Below are positions 11,218 through 24,300 of a stretch of DNA of 64,000 nt, one piece after another. Under the pieces are notes generated by a model. It searched no databases and was not told where the DNA came from. It was given only the letters and a program-made list of their open reading frames with translations. A program made the translations under genes and the position numbers. Within the stretch, counting starts at the first letter, position 1; the number at the start of each line of letters is the position of its first letter. This DNA comes from Magallana gigas (lineage: Eukaryota): the NCBI RefSeq assembly GCF_963853765.1, contig NC_088859.1:19840001-19904000 (forward strand). Direction: 5' to 3'.

Positions 11218-12262
11218 CCCTAGCCTAGTGAGTAGTGTTCATCGATTGGGGGTTATAGCCTTGTGAGAAGTTTTTACCGATCGGGGACTCCCTAGTCTAG
11301 TGAGTAGTGTTCACCGATCGGGGTCTCCCTTGCCCAGTGAGTAGCGTTCACCGATCGGGGTCTCCTTAGCCTAGTGAGAAGTGTTCACCGATCGGGGTCT
11401 CCCTAGCCTAGTGAGTAGTGTTCACCGATCGGGATCTTCCTATAGCTTAGTGAGAAGTGTTCACCGATCGGAGTCTTCCTAGCCTAGTGAGTAGTGTTCA
11501 CTGATCGGGGTCTTCCTAGCCTAGTGAGTAGTGTTCACCGATCGGGGTCTCCCTAGCCTAGTGAGAAGTGTTCACCGATCGGGGTCTCCCTATAGCTTAG
11601 TGAGAAGTGTTCACCGATCGGGGTCTTCCTAGCCTAGTGAGTAGTGTTCACCGATCGGGGTCTCCTTAGCCTAGTGAGTAGTGTTTACCGATCGGGGTCT
11701 CCCTAGCCTAGTGAGAAGTGTTCACCGATCGGGGTCTTCCTAGCCTAGTGAGTAGTGTTCACCGATCGGGGTCTCCTTAGCCTAGTGAGTAGTGTTCACC
11801 GATCGGGGTCTCCCTAGCCTACTGAGAAGTGTTCACCGATCGGGGTCTCCCTAGCCTACTGAGTAGTGTTCACCGATCGGGGTCTCCCTAGCCTAGTGAG
11901 TAGTGTTCACCGATCGGGGTCTCCCTAGCCCAGTGAGTAGTGTTCACCGATCGGGGTCTCCCTAGCCCAGTGAGTAGTGTTCACCGATCGGGGTCTCCCT
12001 AGCCCAGTGAGTAGTGTTCACCGATCGGGGTCTCCCTAGCCCAGTGAGTAGTGTTCACCGATCGGTGTCTCCCTAGCCCAGTGAGAAGTGTTCACCGATC
12101 GGGGTCTCCCTAGCCCAGTGAGTAGTGTTCACCGATCGGGGTCTCCCTTGCCCAGTGAGTAGTGTTCACCGATCGGGGTCTCCTTAGCCTAGTGAGAAGT
12201 GTTCACCGATCGGGGTCTCCCTAGCCTAGTGAGTAGTGTTCATCGATTAGGGTCTCCCTAGC
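11218..12262. repeat. 37-bp GC-rich minisatellite, ~27-28 copies
   Basis: Unit gtgttcaccgatcggggtctccctagcctagtgagta repeated head-to-tail with point variants and no spacers. Confidence 0.95.
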
Positions 12263-13483
12263 TTCACGGTGTCCCCTTCACCTCAGAAGTGATGATCAAT
12301 AGGATGGACATGAACCCAGCTTTGTAGGTTGAAATTACCGGGAGGAATATTTATATTAGAGAGTTGCTAGTGTCTTCATATTCATTTTTGAAGCGTGTGT
12401 AAATTTGTTTTGCGTGACAGTATAATTATATACTATAGTATTTCGCCATTACGTAGTTTTTGACTGAAATGAATATCATGTTCATTTTTGATATAGACAC
12501 AAATTATCTACTAAACCCCTGACACTACAAAACACAATAAAAGTTATTTTGAGTAAGGAATAATTGATTTTGCATAAAATGAGCAATTATTTATTTACCA
12601 GAGACATAAATAACATTTATGTCAGTTACTAAGTTTACATACAAGTTGAAATATTTCTGATCAGTGGCTTTAAAAAATTTTTAACGTCACATCAGAGACC
12701 GGTTCTTCTCTTTTAACACTTAAGCCTGTTTCATAAAACATAATGTATAAATGGAAAAATTTATTATTTCTAAACAACTTTATTCTTTAAACCATATCAT
12801 TGTAGTTCCATATATACTTCAGAATTATATTTTTTCCTTGACTGCATTTTTACATTTTCCTTTACTCAGTTTTAAATTTTTTTGTACCACTGAGTAGGAT
12901 ATTTCATGTATTTTGTTAGGTGATGATTTTTTTTCACAGGGACTACTTCTTTCAGGGCTCATGCAGCAGCTTCCTGGGGAGTGTGCAGTCTGTTTACATA
13001 CAAATGGAAAACACGTGGTTTTGAGGGTAGACCTGTTTGGAGCTAGATTAGTAGATATTTTGAGAAAATGCAGTATCGCTTGCCCTTTTTATGGTGTTAG
13101 CTGATGAGATAGGTAACAAATAACATTTCCTCCGAATATTTTGTCATGAAAAATACAAACTGATTTTTAAGAATTTTTTCCCCTCTATAGTGTTATATAG
13201 TGAAAACAATTACCGGTGTGATACCTTTGTCTCCGCACTAACACTCAACTTCCATTATAGCCGGAAAAGTAAATCATGTTTTGATTGGTTTTTAAATTAG
13301 TCGTTAAAAATAGTTCTTCGTAAAAAATATCTTTTAATACTAATCAGTTGTTAAAACATTACAAAATGCCACTCAGAAAATAAAACAATTAACATGGATA
13401 TTTATACACCCCTCATATAACCAATTTGATGGAATACTTAAAACTCGCCATCGGCGCACGAATATCGATTACAATCGCACTAT

Positions 13484-13514
13484 TTTCCTCCTTTTCCATG
13501 TGGGATCGCCATTG
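13484..13514 (+). promoter_or_regulatory. Probable RPS9 TCT/5'TOP start and non-coding first exon
   Basis: Pyrimidine tract tttcctccttttcc, then donor TTG|GTAAGC at 13514/13515 and acceptor ttttag just before the ATG at 13762. A DRE-like tatcgatt lies at ~13463. Confidence 0.6.
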
Positions 13515-13761
13515 GTAAGCACGTGTTTCTCTTTCATGAAGCTTATTTCGTCTGACATAATGTAAAGAACATTATTTTAGCGATGAAAATTTTTTTTTTT
13601 ATTTAAGTCAAACACACACTACGTAAAACAATGATATATTGTGTTTCGGAAGTTGACAAACACAAGTCATGAAAAGTCGGGGGGGGGGGGGTATGGGGAT
13701 GGAGTTCTTCGTAAATGCATTTGCAAAAATTTAAACATTATGGAATATATTTTAGATTAAA

Positions 13762-15235
<1,474 letters not shown>

Positions 15236-15324
15236 TTGTACATCTTATGACAATAAAGTCTTTCACTTTCAAATGTTGCATTTTCCCGCTGGATAGTGAC
15301 ACAAATTGAATGATTACTGTACTG

Positions 15325-15582
15325 ATCAGACCAACCTAACAGAAAGTAAACCCAAACTAAACCCTGGGTTAACTTTCGGGGTTGAACAGAGTGAAAAAAC
15401 CGATCAGAAGTATACCCCTGAAAGTAGATGCTACATGTAATTACAGGCAGTAGGAATAGAGAAGACTGGTCTGCTTCACACTTAGTGTTACACTAACAGC
15501 GGATGAAAATTTTAACAAAGCTGACCCTTAGTACACATGGGGTTTAGTTAAGGGTCTGCTTTGGTGTTAGGTTGTGACTGAT
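15325..15582. mobile_element. MITE with imperfect ~40-bp terminal inverted repeats
   Basis: atcagaccaacctaacagaaagtaaacccaaactaaaccc matches the reverse complement of ggtttagttaagggtctgctttggtgttaggttgtgactgat. Confidence 0.55.
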
Positions 15583-16034
15583 TAGCTCTCTATTTTCCAT
15601 ATTTGGAATAAACACATCTTTCTTCGCTTAATATTGATAGAAATAAATGAGATATCGTTATTTTTAATGCTATTGAAGTTTAATTTGCTTGTAAGAATAT
15701 TGCACTTGAAACGGACTTTAAGAAAAAACAACTGGCTTCTAATTTTGCGAGATTTACTTGAAGAGGGGTGTCTTAAATGTGGAATTGGTAGAGCTATTGA
15801 GTAGACGATCCGAATCTACAGTCCCTAGTTGGTCATAGAGCTCTTTTTCTTAAAAAAAAATGAGAACCTTCTGCTCGGAAAATTAACATGGCTATGCATT
15901 TGAACAGACAGAATACAGGTAATGTTGCTTGTTGGTCATCAACACTTTTGCAAACTATTGCACAGTAAACGTGACCGTTGTGGGTTTTTCACCTTTTATA
16001 GTACAACACTTCGAGATAAGGGGAATGATCTTGC

Positions 16035-16105
16035 ATGTACATTGGCTCAAACTCTTAGACCCTTCAAGTTAAAACCTAATGCTCTACCAGCTGAGCTCAA
16101 GGGTT
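16035..16105 (-). pseudogene. Degenerate tRNA-derived sequence (SINE head or tRNA-Lys-like relic)
   Basis: Minus strand gagctcagctggtagagcattaggttttaacttgaagggtc has an A-box/D-arm and a TTT anticodon-like loop; T-arm and acceptor stem are decayed. A more decayed copy lies at ~16645-16700. Confidence 0.5.
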
Positions 16106-16288
16106 AATTAAAGGCTAGTGCTTGTAGAACATGGTGGTACTGAACCTTTTATAAAAAATTTGCATTTTCCCCCCTTTTCCTTATTCACTTTTGAATAAAG
16201 GGTGTAAGCTATACTTGTCCACTTCTCAAACAAGAATACTTTTCCTTATGAGATTTCTCTCTGAAATCCAACACTACCATTTCACCTG

Positions 16289-16525
16289 AGGCCACACCAA
16301 TATAATTTCTTGTTTTTCGGACATCTAGTGAAAAAAGGTATGAGAGGGCGAGCAATTAAATAATAAAGTTTGTATTTTTTGTTGCAAAACATTTAAGTGG
16401 TACATAAATAAATTTTGTGCAGATGGTTATATTTTTTCTACTTGCCTCTAATTTATAAATTAAAACTGTTTTTAAATGCGAAAAATAGAGCAGAAAACGG
16501 GCAGAATTTCCTGGATGAGGGATGT
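16289..16525. mobile_element. Partial inverted copy of the 514-840 MITE
   Basis: aggccacaccaatataatttcttgtt..gaaaaaaggtatgagagggcgagcaatt..gcagaatttcctggatg aligns to the reverse complement of ~600-840. Confidence 0.7.
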
Positions 16526-16994
16526 TGATAATATTATTTGTAGAGTTTTATTTAAATACGAGTGCGCGGGGTTCTACAAAGAAGACATGTTGGTGTGACC
16601 TGGATATTTCTTGGGGCACAACAGGTTAGGGGGATACATGTAGGCTCAAACTTCAGACTCTTCAAGTGAAGTTACCATTAATATACCAATTGAACTAGAG
16701 TTATAACCCACTATCTATACTGGCATGCGACCAGTTCTCGCAGAGTACCATATCTCGCCAGTACATTGTGACGTCATTTTCTCAACATATAAAATAATAG
16801 ACGAAAAATGACATCACAATGTACTGGAAAGAAATGGTACTCGGCGAGAACTGGTCGCACGCCAGTAAATGTTAAACCTTTTAAATAAACTATCGCTATA
16901 GCGAAGACTGAAGGTATACCCAAATAATTCCATATGATGTGATTTTAATTTCTTAAAAATTAAAAAATAAGCAATGTGTATATCAAAGTACAAG

Positions 16995-17378
16995 TCAAAT
17001 ACTGTATAAGGATTTGTTAACATCAATAATTGATAGTTCTTCAATGGGAGTAATTGTTTCTGCAGACAAGTAGTCATAATTCTCTTTCTGAGAAACTGAT
17101 ATAATGTCAGGAGAATCAACAGGTGCAGTGTTTATGAAAATTAACCCCTCGTAGATAATAAAGCTTCCTAAGAATAGCACACAAAGAAAAGGGGGAATAG
17201 CGACAGCAAAAAACTTGTTTGGCCAATAGGTAAGTCCCATCCATTCCTGGTATGATCTTGGAATGTAAGCCCACATTAAATAGATGACGAATGAAACGTA
17301 ACATAACAGACACGAAACAAATCCATACGTCGCTCTTTCCGGTACAAGAGATGGTGGAGACTTTGCATCTTTTTCCAT
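16995..17378 (-). CDS. PIGP: GPI N-acetylglucosaminyltransferase subunit P, intronless CDS
   Basis: 127 aa with PERATYGFV..YLMWAYIP..GLTYWPNKFFAVAIP and two hydrophobic segments, matching the PIG-P family pattern. Confidence 0.88.
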   Translation of the reverse strand: MEKDAKSPPSLVPERATYGFVSCLLCYVSFVIYLMWAYIPRSYQEWMGLTYWPNKFFAVAIPPFLCVLFLGSFIIYEGLIFINTAPVDSPDIISVSQKENYDYLSAETITPIEELSIIDVNKSLYSI

Positions 17379-18996
17379 ATCTTATTTTCTTCTTCTAAAA
17401 CTATAGTATAGTGCAAGATTCACACCACATCCTTCTTTTCAAAACAATGTTTAGCATTCCGATCCCAACTCAAATTGCCCCTCGAATATTTTCCGATCCC
17501 GATGTAAAACGCAATAACCTTTACATCCTATCGAGTGATCTGCTAATGATCATTAAGCATTCTTAGACTTAAATCAAAACTTGTACACTGTCAAAAAAAT
17601 AAAAATGCTTTTAAAATGTGTCTCCTATATGATATTATCATAATCTAATGAATGATTGAAATTTTGACTTCAGTTTAAAAATATTTCATGGTCCCAATAC
17701 CAGGAATCTTTAAACTGAGATGCAATTTGTTTAAAGAATGTTTTTAACAATTTTTTTGAAGTGATATCTGTCAGTAGCAGTAGCTATATAGGAAAAATAC
17801 CTAAAGTTTCCAATTAGGCACCTCTTTACTGGTTTCATTCCATTCCATTTTCGTAAAGTACTAATATCAAAATAAAGAAAGTACATGTAATACAATTATG
17901 TTGAATCCAATTAAAAATTCCGTTTTTACTTTCTAAGCAGTGAAAAAGAGGGGTTTGTGATAACCCTAATATGGGTAAAATATTCTTCAATTGATGATAG
18001 AAAAACCAATTCAAAGGAGTCTCATATTATTTATTCCTCAAATATAAAAAACAGTTGACCAAGGAGTAATGTAGTTGAAGAATTCAGTTCCAATAATATA
18101 CACTACACCTCTATTCTATAGGAAAACAAAGATATAAACTGCACCTACTATAAACTACAGTATATGTTTTATATTTTAAATAAATATAAATATTTTATAT
18201 TTGAAAATTTTATAACAATTTTTATAACAATCCATTCTTGCTCATATCAATCCTTGACCACTACAAGAGCTAGCACATTTACAACTGATTTCTCCCATAA
18301 TAGAGATAGCTATAGAACTTTATACTTGAAAATTTGCAATCAAATCAGAAAAGGATATTCTATATTTAAAAAGGTATCATCATTTCATAGACAATTAACA
18401 TGTAAAGCTGCATAAACATTAACAAGAGTTATACATGTAAAAAAAAATCTAGAAGAACTTATTCAGAATTCTTATAATCAAACTAACGGTACACTAAATC
18501 TACACTCCTAATACTACTTCTTTATTTAAAAGGATAAGGAAAAACAGATCACATGTAATATGTGAATGCAAACAAGAACAAAATTGTAATGTCACACTTA
18601 TACAAAAGTAGCATGTGTACATGACCAACAAAACAACTGTTATCAGCTCAGTCTCACAATAAATAAGAAATCAATGTTTAAATTCTACTCATCTATAAAA
18701 ATTCAGAAAACAAAAGACCAGGTGTGTATCATTTGTAGGAATGGAATCACACACAAAGAAGAATATTGAACAAAGATATGGACATCACAATTGGAACTGT
18801 ACAGTCTTATCACAAAGAGGAAAATGCCCTCGTGGTTTACGGATACACAGACTCAGAGGCCAAGATCTGCATAAAAACTCAACATCTCCATTGTAGATTT
18901 GTAATCCGACAGAATAGGGAAGAATTCCAAGAAAATGAAAACAGAATTCAGTTTCCCTTCTGTCATTGAGAATTATCTCCCCTTCTTAGCAGCTCT

Positions 18997-21291
18997 TCAG
19001 TCAAGGAAGGCAGTGGTGGTGTTCTTTGCACATTTAAAAACAGAATTGATGAGTTTTATAAAGCCAGTGTCCTTTGGTTTTTCTAGTCCACGCATAACTC
19101 TCTGTTTCATCACAGACACAAACTCCTTGTTGCTTAGCTGTCCATCCGCTGAAAAAAAAATATATGAATTGGAAAATTAATTAGTTATCAATGATCAATC
19201 AAATTTTAACTAGTTGAGTAGTTCATTTTTGAAAATTTAGAGTGTAAAGTATCCCTACACATGTATTTCCTGAGATATTTCAATAATACAATATTTTCTG
19301 ATGCAAACAAATCTCACCGTTTTCGTCAAACAAAGTGAAAACCAGTTCCACTACATGGTCCGAGAGCTTCACCCCTGCCACTGTGGCTGCTACATGCTTC
19401 AGGGTCTCTGAAAGAAAAGAAGGAAATCCCCATAGATAAATAAGAATAATGGTCAAGCAAGACCAAATTGTATGTATAAAAGTGCAAGGCATTTGAGTGT
19501 TTAAAACAAACCTAATATGTCAAATTATTATATAAAGAACATGTCATTTTACTGATAAAAATGCAATACAGTCTGCAAACAGAAAATGTTAGCCATGAGC
19601 ATAACCTGTTTTCATTTTACATAATAGATGGGCCAATTTAACATATGAAATTAATATGACGACAAGTCATTAATTACTCTACAATTCTGTACAAACAGGA
19701 AAATGGTTTGGTGTTTTAATGATTAACCACTATCACATTAAGTGGAACCAGCTGTTTATACTGGGTGCAGTAACTTTGCTCACCTTCATCAATTGAGACA
19801 CCCGCAAGGTGGTAAAAACTAAGGGCAGTGTCCACATCATTAATGCTCTTTAGGAACATCCAGAAGTTCAGGTACTCATCAAAAGTTATACCCTGTAAAA
19901 AATAGTCCAAAAAATTGAATCAACATGCAGGCTGAGGGAAGCTGCTAATGATGATCTTGAGAAACATGTTTGACTAGACTTCCATATTTGGATTAAATCT
20001 GCTTAACCATGAAACAGAAAAGAGTAAAATTCAGTTTGATGAGATTATGCATACAGAAATGACCCTTTTTTATTATTAAGGGGGCTCACTACACCTTGAA
20101 ATAGTTTCTCAAAGCAGCACAAAATAATTCGATTATGATAGATAACATGATGTATAAGAAGTATATATGTCAAATAGGCCAAAAAAATGTGCAATTTTTA
20201 AATAGATGAAAAATTATACATTTGTATTTTCAAAAATTTAGTTCAGTAAACATGAACGAAAGCCCACCGATGGATGATATATCAAACTCATGATATGCGG
20301 TTCACAAGTCCGATACTTTAACCACTGAGCTACGACGATACAAAACTAAATCAATTGATACAAACAGTTTAATAACACATTTAAATTGCCATCCTGTGAT
20401 GTAATGTCTCAAAAAGTATAAGTCTAGGTGTAATGAGGTATCTTAAGTGTACATTAAAATATTTTTTTATTTTGTTTAGCTCCAGACCTTTGGATCTTCC
20501 TTGTACTTCTTCTTGACCCTCTTCAACATGCGAGATTTCTTCTGGTCTGGATATCCTGCGTATGTTAGGAGAATTCGACCAAAATCCTTCTCTGAGATTT
20601 TCCCCTTTTCTTCATATAGTGGATCATATCGATCAAACTGCGATAAAAAATTAATAAATGATAACTTTTATTGAAGTTATTTCAATATACAATAGCAATT
20701 ACTACATACATGATAAAAAACCTTACATAAGTAACACGTTTCACATAATATGTTTTGTAAATTTATCTATAAGAATGAATGTCAAATAATAATGCAGCAT
20801 ATGCATTTATTGATTAAATACTGCAAAGCAAAACAAGAGGCCCAGGGGCCACATTGCTCACCTATGCCACATTAGCCATAACAGATCAGAAAAGCTTTAG
20901 ACTCTTTAGAGTTTCAAATACAAAGAATATCTTGACAACTAAGTGGAGTGTATCTTGTTCATAAAGATTTCCAAATTTTTCTCCACAAATTCTTAAGATA
21001 AATAATGAGCTCCTGACTTACTACCACATAGGTTTCAGCTTTTCTGGCCAAAAGGTTTTTGAGAAGAAAACTTTTGTAAAATACCAACAATTTTTCAATA
21101 ATTCAAAATTATTTCCCCTTCAAAGATTACCTGGCCCTTTATTTAAATAAATTGAAAGCCCTTCCCCCATAGATGCTTTTTGCCAAGTTTGAATACAGTT
21201 GGCCCAGTGGACCTGGAGAAAAAGATGAAAATGTGAAAAGTTTACAACAACAAGGATGATGACAACAACGTACAACAGACAAACTTTGATT

Positions 21292-21324
<33 letters not shown>

Positions 21325-24300
21325 ACTAAAAATATTTTTTTTTTAGTTAATTACATTTCTCAACAAAATTTTGATATGGTTTTAATATAATACATGTATC
21401 AATGTCAAAATTTCTGAAATGCAACATTTTAGATTGAGAATTAATAAAACTTCATCGCCAAGAAATTTTCTGCCTCTACCATAATCATAGCTATCTCTAC
21501 TGAAATTCAGCTCCATGTAGTAAACATTGTTTTCCATTACTAGAATAGAATCCACCAACCTCAATGCGTAGGACTTCATTCTGTAGTCTCTGTTGGAATG
21601 TGAGAAATTCTTTGACAGTCAGTTTCTTTTTACCATCAGGGCCGAAAAAGAAGGTCAGGAGGGCGGAGCCAACACCCTTATTGACACTTCCTGTTGTACT
21701 ATGATCCTTGTGACGTTTCCCAATACTGGTCTGGTTCCTAATGATGGCATTAACCTATAGGGGAAAAGAACTGATAAGAAATTCTGACCAGAATAATCAA
21801 ATTATCTGATCGATACTTATGACAAACAATTTTTTACTGGCTTGAAATTCGACTCAGTTTTCAATTTCAATAAGCTGTTTCTATCTACAATAGACAATAA
21901 AGGAGGTTTTTATTTTTAAATCAGCATAATAATTTGTCTCGCCTTTTCAAACTCTTCAATGTCCACTTCCCCATCTCCATTGAAGTCAAACATCTTAAAC
22001 GCGATCTGGAAATTCCTTGGTGGTGCTGAAATCAGTTGAACAAATATGCAGTTTAGTATGGCTGATTTATGGTACACAAATACATACAATACGTGGAAAG
22101 AAAAACATTACTGGTATTTTACAATTGTTGGATTGAGTATTTACGATAATGTCTAACTGCATTACTTTTTTGTCAATTCAAATTAAGTCAACTATTCTTA
22201 CAAATCTTACTCAATAGTCATACAAATATTGTGATTTCACCCAGAGTTTTATTAAAACAATGCTATGGTTGATATACCTATACCTCCCCCCTAACCTCTT
22301 CATCTTAATGTTAACATAAAATGATGTTCTACATTTCTGCAGCTATATGTTTGATCAACTCCACCTCTCCAGCCCCTATTTTCTGAACCCCCCCCCCCCC
22401 CCCCCAACCCCCATCCCCACCCCACCAATCTTACTGTAAGGTTTGAATGGACTGCTTACTTGACAGGACTGTCAACAGGAAGATATAATCGGAGAATGAG
22501 ATGAGTCCACTCTCTCCCATCTGGTAGAAGATGCTGTCTTCTCCCAGGTTCCATTCCACTTTGCTATTCTATAAACCATGCAGAAAGAAGGAAAACAGTC
22601 TCAGATTACAATTCTTGTGAAAAAAAAATTCAATGATTGAGATGATGAATCAATACAGTTCAAAATTATTTCAAAATGAGTACAAAAGATGATTTTTTTC
22701 TTCAGTGTTGCTCAGTTCTAATTCAAAGACTTTTTAAAATAATTTCACAGGTACATTTATCACATTTTAGTATGTACGTTTATTGAATATGCAGTGCATT
22801 AGTTTGCATGATTGGTGGCATTTTTTATTTTATTTTACAAGCTGTGATGTAGTTCAATTATTAGCAATTAGACTTAATTAACCAACATTGACTTAAGTTT
22901 AACTTTTAACCATTGTAAATTCAAAGAAATAAACATAATACAATAAATTTACAACAGATGTACTGAACAATATGATTATTGAAACACAATATTCTTTACA
23001 ATTATTATTTGTGTAAATCATATAAAATAATTACAAATATTAAACATCTTAGACATGCAATCATTTATACACTCATATCAATGTGAGCAAACAAAATTTT
23101 TTAGTGTTGGTTTGTAAAATTTTCTTGCAACGGTTCATTCCAGAAAAAAAATTACATTAAATTCATTCCCTAGGTTTTTGTGAGAGCAATAAAGTTGGTG
23201 CCAATTTTCAATTCGCAAGACTTCCTCAATTAATTCAACACACAATAGGTTGGTAAGGCTGAATAAATTCTGCAGGCAATGGGGTGATAAAATGTAAAAA
23301 CCTTTTCTTCACAAATTAATTTTGCACTTAGATATTCATCTTTAAATTTATCAAGTATGTGTGTTTCATGCGGGTACATGTACAATTATGTATGAATTAA
23401 AATTTTTAAAAAAAACACGGCCAGAAAAAGCAGTTAGCATTGCAGCCATTATAACTTTTACCTTAGTTTGTAAGCACTAAAAATTCTTTATCTCGTAAAT
23501 GCCAGACAGTTTTGAATAAAAGATAAATGAAAAAATAAAAAAGAATTACGGTAAAGCTTAAATTTTAGAACCACAATGCCATGTAATGATGCATTGGTTT
23601 CTCTCAAACCAGTATGGTAAATGGTACATGGTAAATACAGTTTTACAAAAGTATAACCAATTGTAGTGTATCAAACTCTATGATGGTATTTGAACAGTTT
23701 ATGACAAAAAATCTTTGAGCTACAGCCATTTTATATCCTTTACACATGTACATTGTACATAATCTTAAGAAGTATGTTGTACCTGTTTTAAACTAAAAAA
23801 ATCTCATTTTGGGTAATACCCGGTAATTAAACCAATGTATATATATATAATGATTAATGAAACTCACACCAGACCAGAAATATTTGCACAAATATGAAAT
23901 ATTGCAAAATAAATTCAAAGGCAAAGCCAAACATTGCCTTGTGCCACGCATTACAAGAAACACTTCTTTGCAATCAGTAAGAAAATCCACACAGAAAAGT
24001 GGTTCTTTGCCAAGTAGATAAACTATATCCATAACGTGTTATAAATTATTGTTATACTTTTATGTTAAATACTGAAATCTGATTGGTTAAGACGCAGTTC
24101 ATAATTCTTTCTATTACCCTCAGCGTTAGCAACGCACTTAGCAACGGGTAACATTAAAAAATGTTACATGCGCGAAAATTATGCGCGTACGGTTCGCTGT
24201 AGAATTCACGTTATTCCTATATAAAAGAAGTGAAATTTTCTTAAAAATTAAGACATTCAGTATAACAAAATAAATAGTGCCTGTTTGGGAGGATAACAGT

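Noticed and set aside
11218-12262. CRISPR array
   Set aside because: Unit length and palindrome look CRISPR-like, but units are contiguous with no unique spacers, there are no cas genes and the context is eukaryotic.
12940-13110. Isolated exon-like segment upstream of RPS9
   Set aside because: Good acceptor, but all three frames stop within the segment and no partner exon was found.
16035-16105. Functional tRNA gene (also ~20290-20340)
   Set aside because: No intact acceptor stem, T-arm or B-box; treated as tRNA-derived relics.
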